64,000 bases of DNA, from the NCBI GenBank assembly GCA_965116885.1, contig OZ220741.1, positions 5,056,001 to 5,120,000 on the forward strand, read 5' to 3'. Origin of the DNA: Candidatus Latescibacterota bacterium. Lineage in GTDB: Bacteria; Latescibacterota; UBA2968. A program made the position numbers and the translations under genes. Shown in pieces: positions 1 to 10,000 of this stretch. Every line of letters begins with the position of its first letter. Within the stretch, counting starts at the first letter, position 1. A model generated the notes under the pieces. The model saw nothing but the letters and a program-made list of their open reading frames with translations. It was not told the origin of the DNA and did not search any database.

Positions 1-91
1 TTCCACCATATCAGCAGCCTTATCGTTGTTTTCGTATCCATTCGGGAGGGAATTGCCACGATCAATAATGTGAACGGTCTTTTTTAAGCTG

Positions 92-121
92 TTGACAAAC
101 AAATATTTATGCAAATATATT
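92..121 (+). promoter_or_regulatory. Putative sigma70 promoter
   Basis: TTGACA at 92-97, 18 bp spacer, TATATT at 116-121 in AT-rich DNA. Confidence 0.4.
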
Positions 122-164
122 GAGATTTGTAAGTCATTGAGACAAATTCTTACAAATCCAATTT

Positions 165-347
165 GCAAAATTGTTCACACGGTTGGTCATGGCACTTTCT
201 TTCAAATTCTTTCCCTTCGCGCTCGGCTTCACCAGTCTGCTGAGCCGGATATCCTCGTTTTACCCCCGGTCGCTTTCCTCTCAGACCAGCAGCTATCCCC
301 TTTCTCTGGATAGTTCTGAAAGCGATCGTGCAGTATCCTCTCTTGAT
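165..347 (+). repeat. Diverged leader module, copy 1
   Basis: 165-293 aligns without gaps to 7005-7133 (shared gctcggc.tcaccagtctgctgagcc and cagaccagcagc); 271-347 aligns to 3545-3620. Confidence 0.8.
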
Positions 348-563
348 GTACCTCCCAATCACGTTGTTTTCCTTCAGATTTTCCGCATAGATATTCCAGG
401 CATGTACCACATGGACTTGTCTCGTGATGACTCTACACGGGACAGGTCTATGCGGTATATCAGCGGTATTTCTGCGTGTATTGAATCCGATGTAACTCGG
501 TGCATCGTGGCACAAAGTGCATATCGATTTTGCTATCGTCATTGCGAAGTAATCCACAGGTGA
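189..563 (+). pseudogene. Short ORF starting with a degenerate copy of the giant protein's signal peptide; probable gene remnant
   Basis: MALSFKFFPFALGFTSLLSRISSFYPRSLSSQTSS vs MKPPVKFLSFVLGITSLLSLIFLIYPRSLSPQTSS at 7029; remainder unrecognisable. Confidence 0.4.
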
Positions 564-717
564 ACCTACCTGGACTACTGACTCCGCAGGAGTGACGGCA
601 ATCGATATGAAATACGCCATGATGTAACTCAGAGTGCTTGCAAAGGATCTGATGCAGGCAATGTCTTGCCCAATGCCCGGTCCCTTTCACAGCAAAATTC
701 AACAATGCGGGGAATAT

Positions 718-1446
718 ATGGACAAGCAGAAAATTCTGATTGTAGATCATGAGCCACATGTAATCTCAGCACTTGAAAGATTCCTGAGAAACAAATCGTA
801 TGAAATATTCACTGCGGAAAATGGGCACAAAAGCCTTGAAATTTTGCACAAGGAGAAAATTGACCTCGCCGTGGTTGAAGCACAGGTAGAGGATATGGAT
901 GGGATAACACTGCTGACGCATGTGCAGGCAGAGAAAATTCGGACAGCTATACTGATCATGACGAGTTTGGGATCCGCAGAATTGGGCGAGCAACTGATCA
1001 AGGCCGGTGCCGTGAGTGTACTTGATAAACCCATAGCGAGAGATAAATTTTTGACCAAAGTAAAAAGATATATGCCATCACAGTATATGTGGAAAGACCG
1101 GTTGGAATCATTTTTGGAAGATAATTACAGCAACCCAGACCTGAAATTTGAAGACGTCACGCACTATTTCAAATTTTCTAAGACCTATGGATATGAATTG
1201 TTCAAAAAATATTTTGGCGAATCATTCAGGATGTGCCTGCGGAATGTGCGCCTGACAAAGGCTGAAGAAGCATTGAACCACACATCCGATTCCATTTCAG
1301 AAATTGCTTATCGGTGTGGTTTTACGTCCTTATCGACTTTTAGCAAGGTTTTCAAAGCGACGTATGGGGATAATCCAACCACATATCGGAAATTCCATTT
1401 CAGAAATTGCTTATCGGTGTGGTTTTACGTCCTTATCGACTTTTAA
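718..1446 (+). CDS. Response regulator (atypical receiver) with AraC-type HTH
   Basis: KILIVDHE...IDLAVVE...MDGITLL receiver; SISEIAYRCGFTSLSTFSKVFK AraC signature. Start moved to ATG 718. Last ~17 aa derive from an out-of-frame duplication. Confidence 0.85.
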   Translation: MDKQKILIVDHEPHVISALERFLRNKSYEIFTAENGHKSLEILHKEKIDLAVVEAQVEDMDGITLLTHVQAEKIRTAILIMTSLGSAELGEQLIKAGAVSVLDKPIARDKFLTKVKRYMPSQYMWKDRLESFLEDNYSNPDLKFEDVTHYFKFSKTYGYELFKKYFGESFRMCLRNVRLTKAEEALNHTSDSISEIAYRCGFTSLSTFSKVFKATYGDNPTTYRKFHFRNCLSVWFYVLIDF

Positions 1447-1458
1447 CAAGGTTTTCAA
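1289..1458 (+). repeat. 67 bp direct repeat (1289-1355 and 1392-1458)
   Basis: attccatttcagaaattgcttatcggtgtggttttacgtccttatcgactttta(g/a)caaggttttcaa occurs twice with one mismatch. Confidence 0.9.
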
Positions 1459-1532
1459 TGGAAATAATCCGATCACATAAGAAAAAAATGGAAACTGGAA
1501 CAAATTTTGAACATTAGGACAAATCTTACAAC

Positions 1533-2012
1533 TTGATTCTCTCTAATTTGGAGCAATATATTTTCTATAATGCGAAATCTGCTCAAACGGCTGGTGCCGT
1601 GAGTGTGTTTGATAAACCAATAGAGAGAGACCAATTCTTGGCCAGAGTTAAAAGATATATGCTTTCACAAGATATGTGGAAGAACCGATTGGAATCATTT
1701 CTGGAAGACAATTACACCAATCCAGACCTGAAATTTGAAGATGTCCTGCACTATTTCCAGTTTTCTAAGACCTATGGATATGAATTGTTCAAAAAACATT
1801 TGGGCGAATCATTCAGGATGTGCCTGCGGAATGTGCGCCTGACAAAGGCTGAAGAAGCGTTGAAGCACACATCGGAATCCATTTCAGAAATTGCCTATCA
1901 GTGTGGCTTTGCGTACTTATCGACGTTTAGCAGGGTTTTCAAAGCGAAATATGGGGAAAATCCAACGACATATCGCAGAAAATGGAAACTGGAACAAATT
2001 TCGAAACAGTAG
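1533..2012 (+). CDS. AraC-family HTH protein; tandem partial duplicate of the upstream regulator lacking most of the receiver
   Basis: Near-identical to the upstream gene from AGAVSV onward; start uncertain (TTG 1533 or ATG 1659). Confidence 0.7.
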   Translation: MILSNLEQYIFYNAKSAQTAGAVSVFDKPIERDQFLARVKRYMLSQDMWKNRLESFLEDNYTNPDLKFEDVLHYFQFSKTYGYELFKKHLGESFRMCLRNVRLTKAEEALKHTSESISEIAYQCGFAYLSTFSRVFKAKYGENPTTYRRKWKLEQISKQ

Positions 2013-2039
2013 GACAAATTCGCGGGAAGGAGGAGCAAG

Positions 2040-2483
2040 ATGAAAAAATTACTTATCTCAGCAATAGCTGTGGTATTCCTATCGGGTTGCATGATGACCC
2101 CGCAGCATCGACGGGCTGTCCGGGATGATTCCGGTGATCTGATGACCGTCGGAAAGGTTCAAAAGGAAATAAGAGTCGGTATGAGCGGTGCCGAAGTCGC
2201 CCAGGTTCTCGGATCGCCAAATATCGTTTCAACAGATGAAGAACGGCGTGAAGTGTGGATATATGACAAAATCTCGACGGAAACAGCATACTCGACCAGT
2301 GAAGGCGGTATTGCTTCTCTCATCCTTATAAACAGCATAGCCGATGTGTTTCTTGGGGGAGGTGGCGGAGCGTCAGGTACATCCGGGGCCAGTTCAACAT
2401 CTCAGAGAACCCTCACTGTCATAATAAAATTTGATGAAGATAAAAAGGTGAGAGACTTCGCGTATCACGCATCGCGGTTCTGA
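2040..2483 (+). CDS. Lipoprotein with SmpA/BamE-like domain
   Basis: Lipobox LSGC; IRVGMSGAEVAQVLGSP...EVWIY...IIKFDEDKKV pattern; RBS GGAGG. Confidence 0.75.
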   Translation: MKKLLISAIAVVFLSGCMMTPQHRRAVRDDSGDLMTVGKVQKEIRVGMSGAEVAQVLGSPNIVSTDEERREVWIYDKISTETAYSTSEGGIASLILINSIADVFLGGGGGASGTSGASSTSQRTLTVIIKFDEDKKVRDFAYHASRF

Positions 2484-2544
2484 GGCAAATACATCAGTTA
2501 TAGAAGTGGAAGTTGTGAACCGACTTCAAGGGAGGTCACAGGTG

Positions 2545-3099
2545 ATGTATAAAAAGAACCCTCTATTACTACTACTTGCCATAGTGGTAATAGTTTTGAC
2601 GAGTTGCGCGAGTATTCCCAAAGATGCCTTTAAGCTAACACCAGAATTATTGCAAAAAAGGGAATTAAAAACGAGAAAATACGAAGGCATTTCAGAAGTT
2701 GATATTCTATCGGCATCTGCTGGCGTGCTTCAAGATTTGGGATTCAATCTTGATGAGAGTGAAACAAAACTCGGACTTATCGTTGGCTCAAAGGAAAGAG
2801 ATGCGACAGAAATAGGGCAGGAGGTCTGGTGGTGGACTAAGGCGTTGCTTACTTACGGGTACACATGGCTTTTGGGTGATGAGACTGATGACTATCAAAA
2901 GTTCAAGGCATCTGTTGTCATACGTCCAATATCAAAAGATAACGATAAAACACACTATGTCAGTGTGACATTCCAGCGAATTGTCTGGGATACTGCTGAC
3001 AAAATTTCGAAACAAGAGACCCTGGACGCGCCTGAAATATATCGAGAATTCTTTGATCGGCTCTCAAAATCAGTCTTTCTGGAAGGGGAAAAAATATGA
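2545..3099 (+). CDS. Hypothetical lipoprotein
   Basis: Lipobox LTSC; RBS GGAGG at 2531; paralogous to the next gene. Confidence 0.75.
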   Translation: MYKKNPLLLLLAIVVIVLTSCASIPKDAFKLTPELLQKRELKTRKYEGISEVDILSASAGVLQDLGFNLDESETKLGLIVGSKERDATEIGQEVWWWTKALLTYGYTWLLGDETDDYQKFKASVVIRPISKDNDKTHYVSVTFQRIVWDTADKISKQETLDAPEIYREFFDRLSKSVFLEGEKI

Positions 3100-3518
3100 A
3101 ACTCTCCAGAATATTAACGGCCGCAATTGTCATATTAATTGGGTTGTCTGGATGTGGAACATCAAAAAATCATTTGCTAAAAATAGATGAAAGCCAGGTC
3201 CAGTTACGAAGCATACAAACCCGTGCATTCGACACCACAGAAAAGAATAAGATGCTCAGAACTGTAATAACCACACTTCAAGATTTCGACTACGTCCTGG
3301 ATAAAGCAGACGCAACGCTCGGAATGATTAGTGCCACAAAACTCGACGAACATCAATACCGAATAACGGTTACTGTTCGCCCCAGGGGCGAGACCCAATT
3401 GTTGGTACGCGCAAACGTACAATACAAGCAAAAAGCTGTTAAGGACCCAATAGTATATCAAAATTTCTTCACATCTCTGGCAAAATCGATATTTCTAACT
3501 GCTCACGAGGTTGATTAA
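3096..3518 (+). CDS. Hypothetical lipoprotein, paralog of the preceding gene
   Basis: Lipobox LSGC; ATGA overlap; shared TR-x-[FY], LQD, LG-x-I-xxx-K, FF-xx-L-x-KS-x-FL motifs. Confidence 0.75.
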   Translation: MKLSRILTAAIVILIGLSGCGTSKNHLLKIDESQVQLRSIQTRAFDTTEKNKMLRTVITTLQDFDYVLDKADATLGMISATKLDEHQYRITVTVRPRGETQLLVRANVQYKQKAVKDPIVYQNFFTSLAKSIFLTAHEVD

Positions 3519-3544
3519 ACGACCAAATCCCTCATCCTCATGCT

Positions 3545-3620
3545 CGCTTTTTCCTCAGACCTATAGCCTACCCTTTCTCTGCATAGTTCTACAGGCAACC
3601 AAACCGTATCCCCTTTCGAT
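3545..3620 (+). repeat. Diverged leader module, copy 2 (upstream of the WD40 gene)
   Basis: cgctttttcctcagacctatagcctaccctttctctgcatagttct matches cgctttcctctcagaccagcagctatcccctttctctggatagttct at 271-317. Confidence 0.65.
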
Positions 3621-3638
3621 AGTGATTAAGACAAACCC

Positions 3639-6600
3639 ATGAAAAAATTCATTCTTTATTCCACCTTTTTTACTCTCGTCCTCTTGCTATTCGTGCAGGA
3701 CAGCCGCGCCCAAAACACCCTTGAGGGGCATACCAATGCTATCGAATCTGTGGCATTTTCACACGATGGCACGATGCTGGCTTCCGGATCAAGAGATGGT
3801 ACGGTTGTGCTGTGGAACGCGACAACCAGACAAAATACCGACACCTTTGAAGGACATACGGATGTGGTCAGTGCTGTGGCGTATGCCCCAGATGGAACAC
3901 TCCTCGCTTCTGGATCATCAGTAGATGGCACAGTCAAGTTGTGGAACGTACAGGCGGGCACAAATATCGCCATCCTTGAGGATCAGACAGATGTGGTCAG
4001 TTCTGTAGCATTTACCTCAGATGGAATATTGCTCGCTTCCGGGGCCGTGAATGGCACCATCCTGCTGTGGGATGTGGCAACGAATACCGCCGCCACCCTT
4101 GCGGGACACAGGGCTGCCATCAGTTCTATGGCATTTTCGCAAGATGGAACGCTACTCGCTTCCGGGTCAGCGAATGGCACAACCCTCCTGTGGGATGTGG
4201 TGACGGGCACAAATATCGCCACCTTTGAAGAGCATACGGATGATGTCTCGTCTGTAGCGTTCTCACAAGATGGAACGCTACTCGCTTCCGGATCTGATGA
4301 TAACACAGTCAAACTGTGGGACGTACAGGCAGGCACAAATATCACCACCCTTGAAGAACATACGGATGCCGTCAGTTCTGTAGCGTTTTCGCAAGATGGA
4401 ACAGTACTATCATCTGGATCAGTGGATGGCATGGTTATACTGTGGAACGTGGCAAAAAGAGAACAAATCATCTCTCTTGAAGGAGATAAAAATGCGATCA
4501 GTTCTGTAGCATTTTCACCCAATGGGACGCTACTCGCTTCCGGGGCCATGAATGGCAGAATTTTGCTTTGGAACGTATCCGAATGGACGCAGCCTCGCCC
4601 TGACATACTGAGAAAAATCTCCGGCGACAACCAGCAAGGCACACCCGGAGCAATGTTGGCGAATCCCCTGATCGTCGAAATACGAGATCAGAACGATAAT
4701 CCCTTACCAGATGTGCAAGTCACGTTCCGAGTGACCGCTGGCGCGGGAAAACTCAGCGGACGATTCACGATTGAATACGCAACAACCGACGCAGATGGCC
4801 GCGCAGAGGCTACGCTTACCCCCGGTCCCAATCCGGGAACAAACACCGTTGAAGTATCTGTCGCCGGGCATGATCCGGTAACATTTCATGCAATAAGCAT
4901 TGGAACGCCTGCTGTGCCGAGCCTGGACGGTGATTATCCAACATGGCATGTACCCAACGGTGCAATCGCACGCCTGGGCAAAGGACCTATTGGTACAGGA
5001 GACAAAGCGGTCGCATTCTCGCCGAACGGTCAAAGTCTCGCTGTGGCAAGTGGCATTGGCGTATGGCTTTACGATGTGGCGACCTCCCGTGAACTCATGC
5101 TATTACCCTCTGCAAGCGCAGTCAATTCTGTGGCGTTTTCAAGAAATGGGATACAACTGGCCTCCGGATCAGTAGATGGCACGGTTGCACTGTGGGATAT
5201 TGCGACGGGACAAAATACCAACACCTTTGAGGCGCGCAGAGGCAAGATCTCTCCCATAGCATTTTCACAAAAAGAGACGCTAACAGCACCCAGATCAGTC
5301 GAATCGGTGGCATTTTCCCCCGATGGAAAGTTGATAGCTTCTGGACGAAAAGACGGTACGATTGTGTTGTTGGATATTGCGAATGGGAACACCACCACCA
5401 TTGAAGGACATACAGATTGGGTCAGTTCTGTGGCGTTTTCCAGTCAGGGGGTACTGGCTTCCGGGTCTTTGGATAGAACGATCAAACTGTGGGATGTGCA
5501 GACAGGTACAAGGACCGCCATCTTTGAAGCGCGCAGCGGCAATGTCTTTTCCGTAGCATTTTCCCCCGATGGGACAAAACTCGCTTCCGGATTGGGGGAT
5601 GGCACAGTCGTGCTGTGGGACATTGGGACAGAAAATGCCACCACGCTTGAAGGACATACAGATGATGTCAATTCCGTGTCCTTTTCGCCCGATGGAACAA
5701 CACTATCTTCTGGATCTGATGATAAGACGATCAGGCTGTGGGACATTGCGACGCACACAAATATCGCCACCTTTGAAAAACATACAGATCATGTCAATTC
5801 TGTATCTCTATCTCTGGATGAGGATGAGAGACTGCTACTCGCTTCCGGATCTCTGGATGGCACGGTTGTGCTATGGGATGTGGCGACAGAAAACGCCACC
5901 ACACTTGAAGGGCATACGCGGGCGGTCCGTTCTGTCGCGTTCTCCCCCGATGAGGATAAAACGCTACTCGCTTCCGGATCTCTGGACGGCACAATTCTAC
6001 TGTGGGACGCAGCGAGAAGAGAGCAAATTACCAGGCTTGACGAACACTCAAGAGATGTCTTTTCTGTGTCGTTTTCGCCAGATGGAAGGCTGATAGCTTC
6101 CGGGTCTCTGGATGGCACAATTCTACTGTGGGACATTGCGGCTGGAAACACCTCCACACTTGATGGACAGGCGGTCAGTTCTATCGCGTTCTCTCCCAAT
6201 GAGGATAAAACGCTACTGGCTTTCGGGTCTCTGGATGGCACAATTCTCCTGCGGGACGTAGCGACTGGAAACACCTCCACACTTGATGGACAGGCGGTCA
6301 GTTCCATAGCATTTTCACCCGATGGGACAATACTCGCTTCTGGATCAATAGATGGCACAATCCTGCTGTGGGATGTAGCCACGCGCACAAAAACCACCAC
6401 GCTTGAAGGGCATACGCAGGTGGTCAGTTCTATGGCATTTGCACAGAAGGAGGATGGGGAGCTACTACTCGCTTCCGGATCAATAGATGGCACGATCCTG
6501 CTGTGGGACGTAACCACGCGCACAAAAACCGCCACGCTTAAAGGACATACAGAGGTGGTCAGTTCTGTATCCTTTTCACCCGATGGAACAATACTTGCTT

Positions 6601-6965
6601 CCGGATCTCTGGATGACACGATCCTCCTGTGGGACATTGCGACGAAAAACGCTACCCTTCTTGAAGGGCATACGAACAACGTCTTTTCCGTGTCGTTTTC
6701 CCCAGATGGAATGCTGTTATCTTCCGGATCAGAGGATGGCACAATTCTCTTGTGGGATATGTCACCGTATATCACACCTCAAACGCCCAATCCCGACTTT
6801 GACGGCGATGGAACGGTTGGCTTTGCCGACTTTTTGCTGTTCGTAGCCCTATTTGGATTAAGCCAGGACGATGAGGCATATCAAGCGCGGTATGATCTGG
6901 ATCGGGATGGCACCATTGGGTTTGGTGATTTTTTGATCTTTGCCAATGCCTTCTCCTCGAATTAA
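3639..6965 (+). CDS. Secreted WD40-repeat protein with bacterial Ig-like domain and C-terminal dockerin-like EF-hand pair
   Basis: Signal peptide; ~7 + ~14 GH...WD repeats separated by ISGDNQQG...PLIVEIRDQNDNP Ig-like segment; DFDGDGTVGFADF / DLDRDGTIGFGDF. Confidence 0.92.
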   Translation: MKKFILYSTFFTLVLLLFVQDSRAQNTLEGHTNAIESVAFSHDGTMLASGSRDGTVVLWNATTRQNTDTFEGHTDVVSAVAYAPDGTLLASGSSVDGTVKLWNVQAGTNIAILEDQTDVVSSVAFTSDGILLASGAVNGTILLWDVATNTAATLAGHRAAISSMAFSQDGTLLASGSANGTTLLWDVVTGTNIATFEEHTDDVSSVAFSQDGTLLASGSDDNTVKLWDVQAGTNITTLEEHTDAVSSVAFSQDGTVLSSGSVDGMVILWNVAKREQIISLEGDKNAISSVAFSPNGTLLASGAMNGRILLWNVSEWTQPRPDILRKISGDNQQGTPGAMLANPLIVEIRDQNDNPLPDVQVTFRVTAGAGKLSGRFTIEYATTDADGRAEATLTPGPNPGTNTVEVSVAGHDPVTFHAISIGTPAVPSLDGDYPTWHVPNGAIARLGKGPIGTGDKAVAFSPNGQSLAVASGIGVWLYDVATSRELMLLPSASAVNSVAFSRNGIQLASGSVDGTVALWDIATGQNTNTFEARRGKISPIAFSQKETLTAPRSVESVAFSPDGKLIASGRKDGTIVLLDIANGNTTTIEGHTDWVSSVAFSSQGVLASGSLDRTIKLWDVQTGTRTAIFEARSGNVFSVAFSPDGTKLASGLGDGTVVLWDIGTENATTLEGHTDDVNSVSFSPDGTTLSSGSDDKTIRLWDIATHTNIATFEKHTDHVNSVSLSLDEDERLLLASGSLDGTVVLWDVATENATTLEGHTRAVRSVAFSPDEDKTLLASGSLDGTILLWDAARREQITRLDEHSRDVFSVSFSPDGRLIASGSLDGTILLWDIAAGNTSTLDGQAVSSIAFSPNEDKTLLAFGSLDGTILLRDVATGNTSTLDGQAVSSIAFSPDGTILASGSIDGTILLWDVATRTKTTTLEGHTQVVSSMAFAQKEDGELLLASGSIDGTILLWDVTTRTKTATLKGHTEVVSSVSFSPDGTILASGSLDDTILLWDIATKNATLLEGHTNNVFSVSFSPDGMLLSSGSEDGTILLWDMSPYITPQTPNPDFDGDGTVGFADFLLFVALFGLSQDDEAYQARYDLDRDGTIGFGDFLIFANAFSSN

Positions 6966-7028
6966 CTACTGCTCTGATCGCGGACCAATTGTTAGCCCTG
7001 AGTGGCAAAACTATCCACACGGTTAATC

Positions 7029-10000
7029 ATGAAACCTCCTGTTAAATTTCTCTCCTTTGTGCTCGGCATCACCAGTCTGCTGAGCCTGATCTTTTTGATC
7101 TACCCGCGATCACTATCCCCGCAGACCAGCAGCGTGGCCACAGAGACCTCTGCGCCACCTTCTCTCGACTTTGACGGCAGTGGGATTTTGGATTTTCCCG
7201 ACTTTTTGATGTTTGTAAGCGCGTTTGGATCCGAGGAGAACCAGGATAAGTACGATTCAAAATACGACCTCAATAGCGATGGGAAAATCGCTTTTGAAGA
7301 CTTTCTAATTTTAACAGACAACTTTGGCAAAAACGTTGTAGCAAAGCCGTCTCCAACGTCATCGGATCAGAACGCGCGCACGACCCAAAGCATGGCGGAG
7401 AACACAGGGACCACCGGTGCGACATTACCCGTTACTGCGCTGGAGGAATCAGTAGTCGCGTCAACACCACAGCCATTGACAGAAGCGACATTGGATGGCA
7501 GTGTGGTCACCCTGACACTGAGTGGTGCTACTTACGAACGGTCCTCTTTTGACGTCCAAGATCACGTGAAGGTATCGGGTATTGCTGGGGTTACCTTTGA
7601 CAGTTTCTTCGATGTAGATCGCGTGAGCGATACAGTGGTAACCGTTGAACTTACATTCAACGGGAATATGACCACCAATGGCACGCTGACCTTCACGGTA
7701 GAGACAGGTGCCATAGCCAACTATAGCGGGTCTGCGCTCACGACAACATTGTCTGTTACCGCGCTGCAGGAATCGGTGGTCGCGTCAACACCACAGCCAT
7801 TGACAGAAGCGACATTGGATGGCAGTGTGGTCACCCTGACACTGACGGGACGTTCTTATGAGCGATCCGTGTTCGACATTAGTGATGCAGTGAAAGTATC
7901 GGGCATTGCTGGGGTTACCTTTGACGGTTTCTTCGATGTGGATCGCGTGAGTGATACCGTGGTAACCGTTGAGCTCACATTCAACGGGAATATGACCACC
8001 AATGGCACACTGACCTTCACGGTAGAGGCAGATGCCATAGCGGGCTACAACGGTCCCGCGCTCACTGCGACATTACCCGTTACTGCTGGCCCTGGTAATG
8101 GAGGCCAACCACCGCCGCAGCCACCGCCGCAGCCACCGCCACAACCACCGCCGCAACCACCACCGGGCGGGGGCACGCCCACTGGAAGTCCCGATCTCAT
8201 TGTCGAATCGCCTTCGGCCGATAATAACACCCTATCACCCGAGCAATCCTTCAGGCTAAGTGCGACTGTTCGCAATCAGGGTGGGGAGCGGTCTTCCTCC
8301 ACGACATTGCGCTATTATCTGTCAACCGATATGACCATCACGACAGGTGATACGGAAGTAGAGACCGACTATGTGAGCCGCCTTGATGCTTCTGCAATCA
8401 GTGATGAATCCGCTCGTTTGACGGCACCATCGAGTGAGGGCACATATTACTACGGAGCCTGTGTCGATGCAGTATCTGGCGAATCCAACACAGGAAACAA
8501 CTGCTCCAGTGCTATCACCGTCACGGTTAGTGGTTCTGACTTGATCGTCGAATCGCCTGCAGTCAGCGATAGTAGTCCGGGACCAGGCGCATCCTTCACA
8601 TTGAGCGCAACTGTTCGCAATCAGGGTGGCGGCGCGGCTTCCTCTACGACATTGCGCTATTATCTGTCAACCGATGCAACCATCACGGCAGGTGATACGG
8701 AAGTAGAGACCGACTATGTGACCAGCCTTGATCCTTCTGAAACCAGCGATGAGCGGGCTTATTTGGACGCGCCGTCGAGTGAGGGCACGTATTACTACGG
8801 AGCCTGTGTCGAAAGCGTCACCGGGGAGAGCGATACGGATAACAACTGCTCCAGTGCTGTCACCGTCACGGTTAGTGGTTCTGACTTGATCGTCGAATCG
8901 CCTACAGTCAGCGAAAGCAATCCAAAGGCAGGTGCATCCTTCAGGCTATATGCCACTGTTCGCAATCAAGGTGGCAGTCGATCTTCCCCTACCACATTGC
9001 GCTATTATCTGTCAACCGATGTGACGATCAACACGAACGATCAGGAAGTAGAAACGGACTATGTGAGCTACCTTGTCCCTTCTGAAACCAGCGAGGAATC
9101 TGCTTATCTGAACGCCCCATCGAGTGCGGGCACATATTACTACGGTGCCTGTGTCGAAGCAGTCACTGGCGAATCTGACACAGGTAACAACTGCTCCAGT
9201 GCTGTCACCATAACCGTAGGCGGCACAGCTCCCCCACCTACTCCCAATCAGCCCCCAGTATTCACCGAGGGAACGAGCACAACCCGCAGCATAGCAGAGA
9301 ACACAGGCGCAGGGCAGAACATCGGAAATCCGATCAGCGCGACAGATGGCGACAACGACCGCCTCACCTACAGCCTCGAAGGCGCGGATGCCAGAGCATT
9401 CACCATCATCTCAGGCAGTGGGCAACTCAGGACCCGGTCGGGTGTGACGTATGACTACGAGACGAAGAACAGCTATTCAGTAACCGTGCGAGTACAGGAC
9501 GGCGAAGGTGGCAGTGCGACCATCGCCGTGACCATCACCCTCACCGATGAGAGCGAAACGCCGAGCAGACCAGATGCGCCCACAGTCACAGCCTCAACAT
9601 TGAACAGCCTGAGCCTGCGCTGGACAGCACCGACGAACTCAGGGTCTGCCCTCAACGACTACGACGTGCAATACAGGGCGACAGGCGGTAGCTTCACCGA
9701 CTGGCCCCATACTGGCACGAGCACGAACACGACAATCACGGGCTTGACCGCAAATACCCGTTACGAGATACAGGTGCGAGCGCGCAATGCACAGGGCGTG
9801 AGCAACTGGTCGCCATCGGCTACCGGAACGACCACAGCCAATCAGTCCCCAGTATTCAGCGAAGGAACGAGCACAACGCGCAGCATAGCAGAGAACACAA
9901 GCGCAGGACAGAACATCGGAAATCCGATCAGCGCAACAGATAGCGACAATGACCAGATCACATACAGCCTCGAAGGCAGGGACGCTTCTGCATTCACCAT

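Noticed and set aside
3656..6775. Long antisense ORFs and periodic repeats resembling an array
   Set aside because: In-frame WD40 coding repeats; no constant repeat with unique spacers and no cas genes, so not CRISPR.
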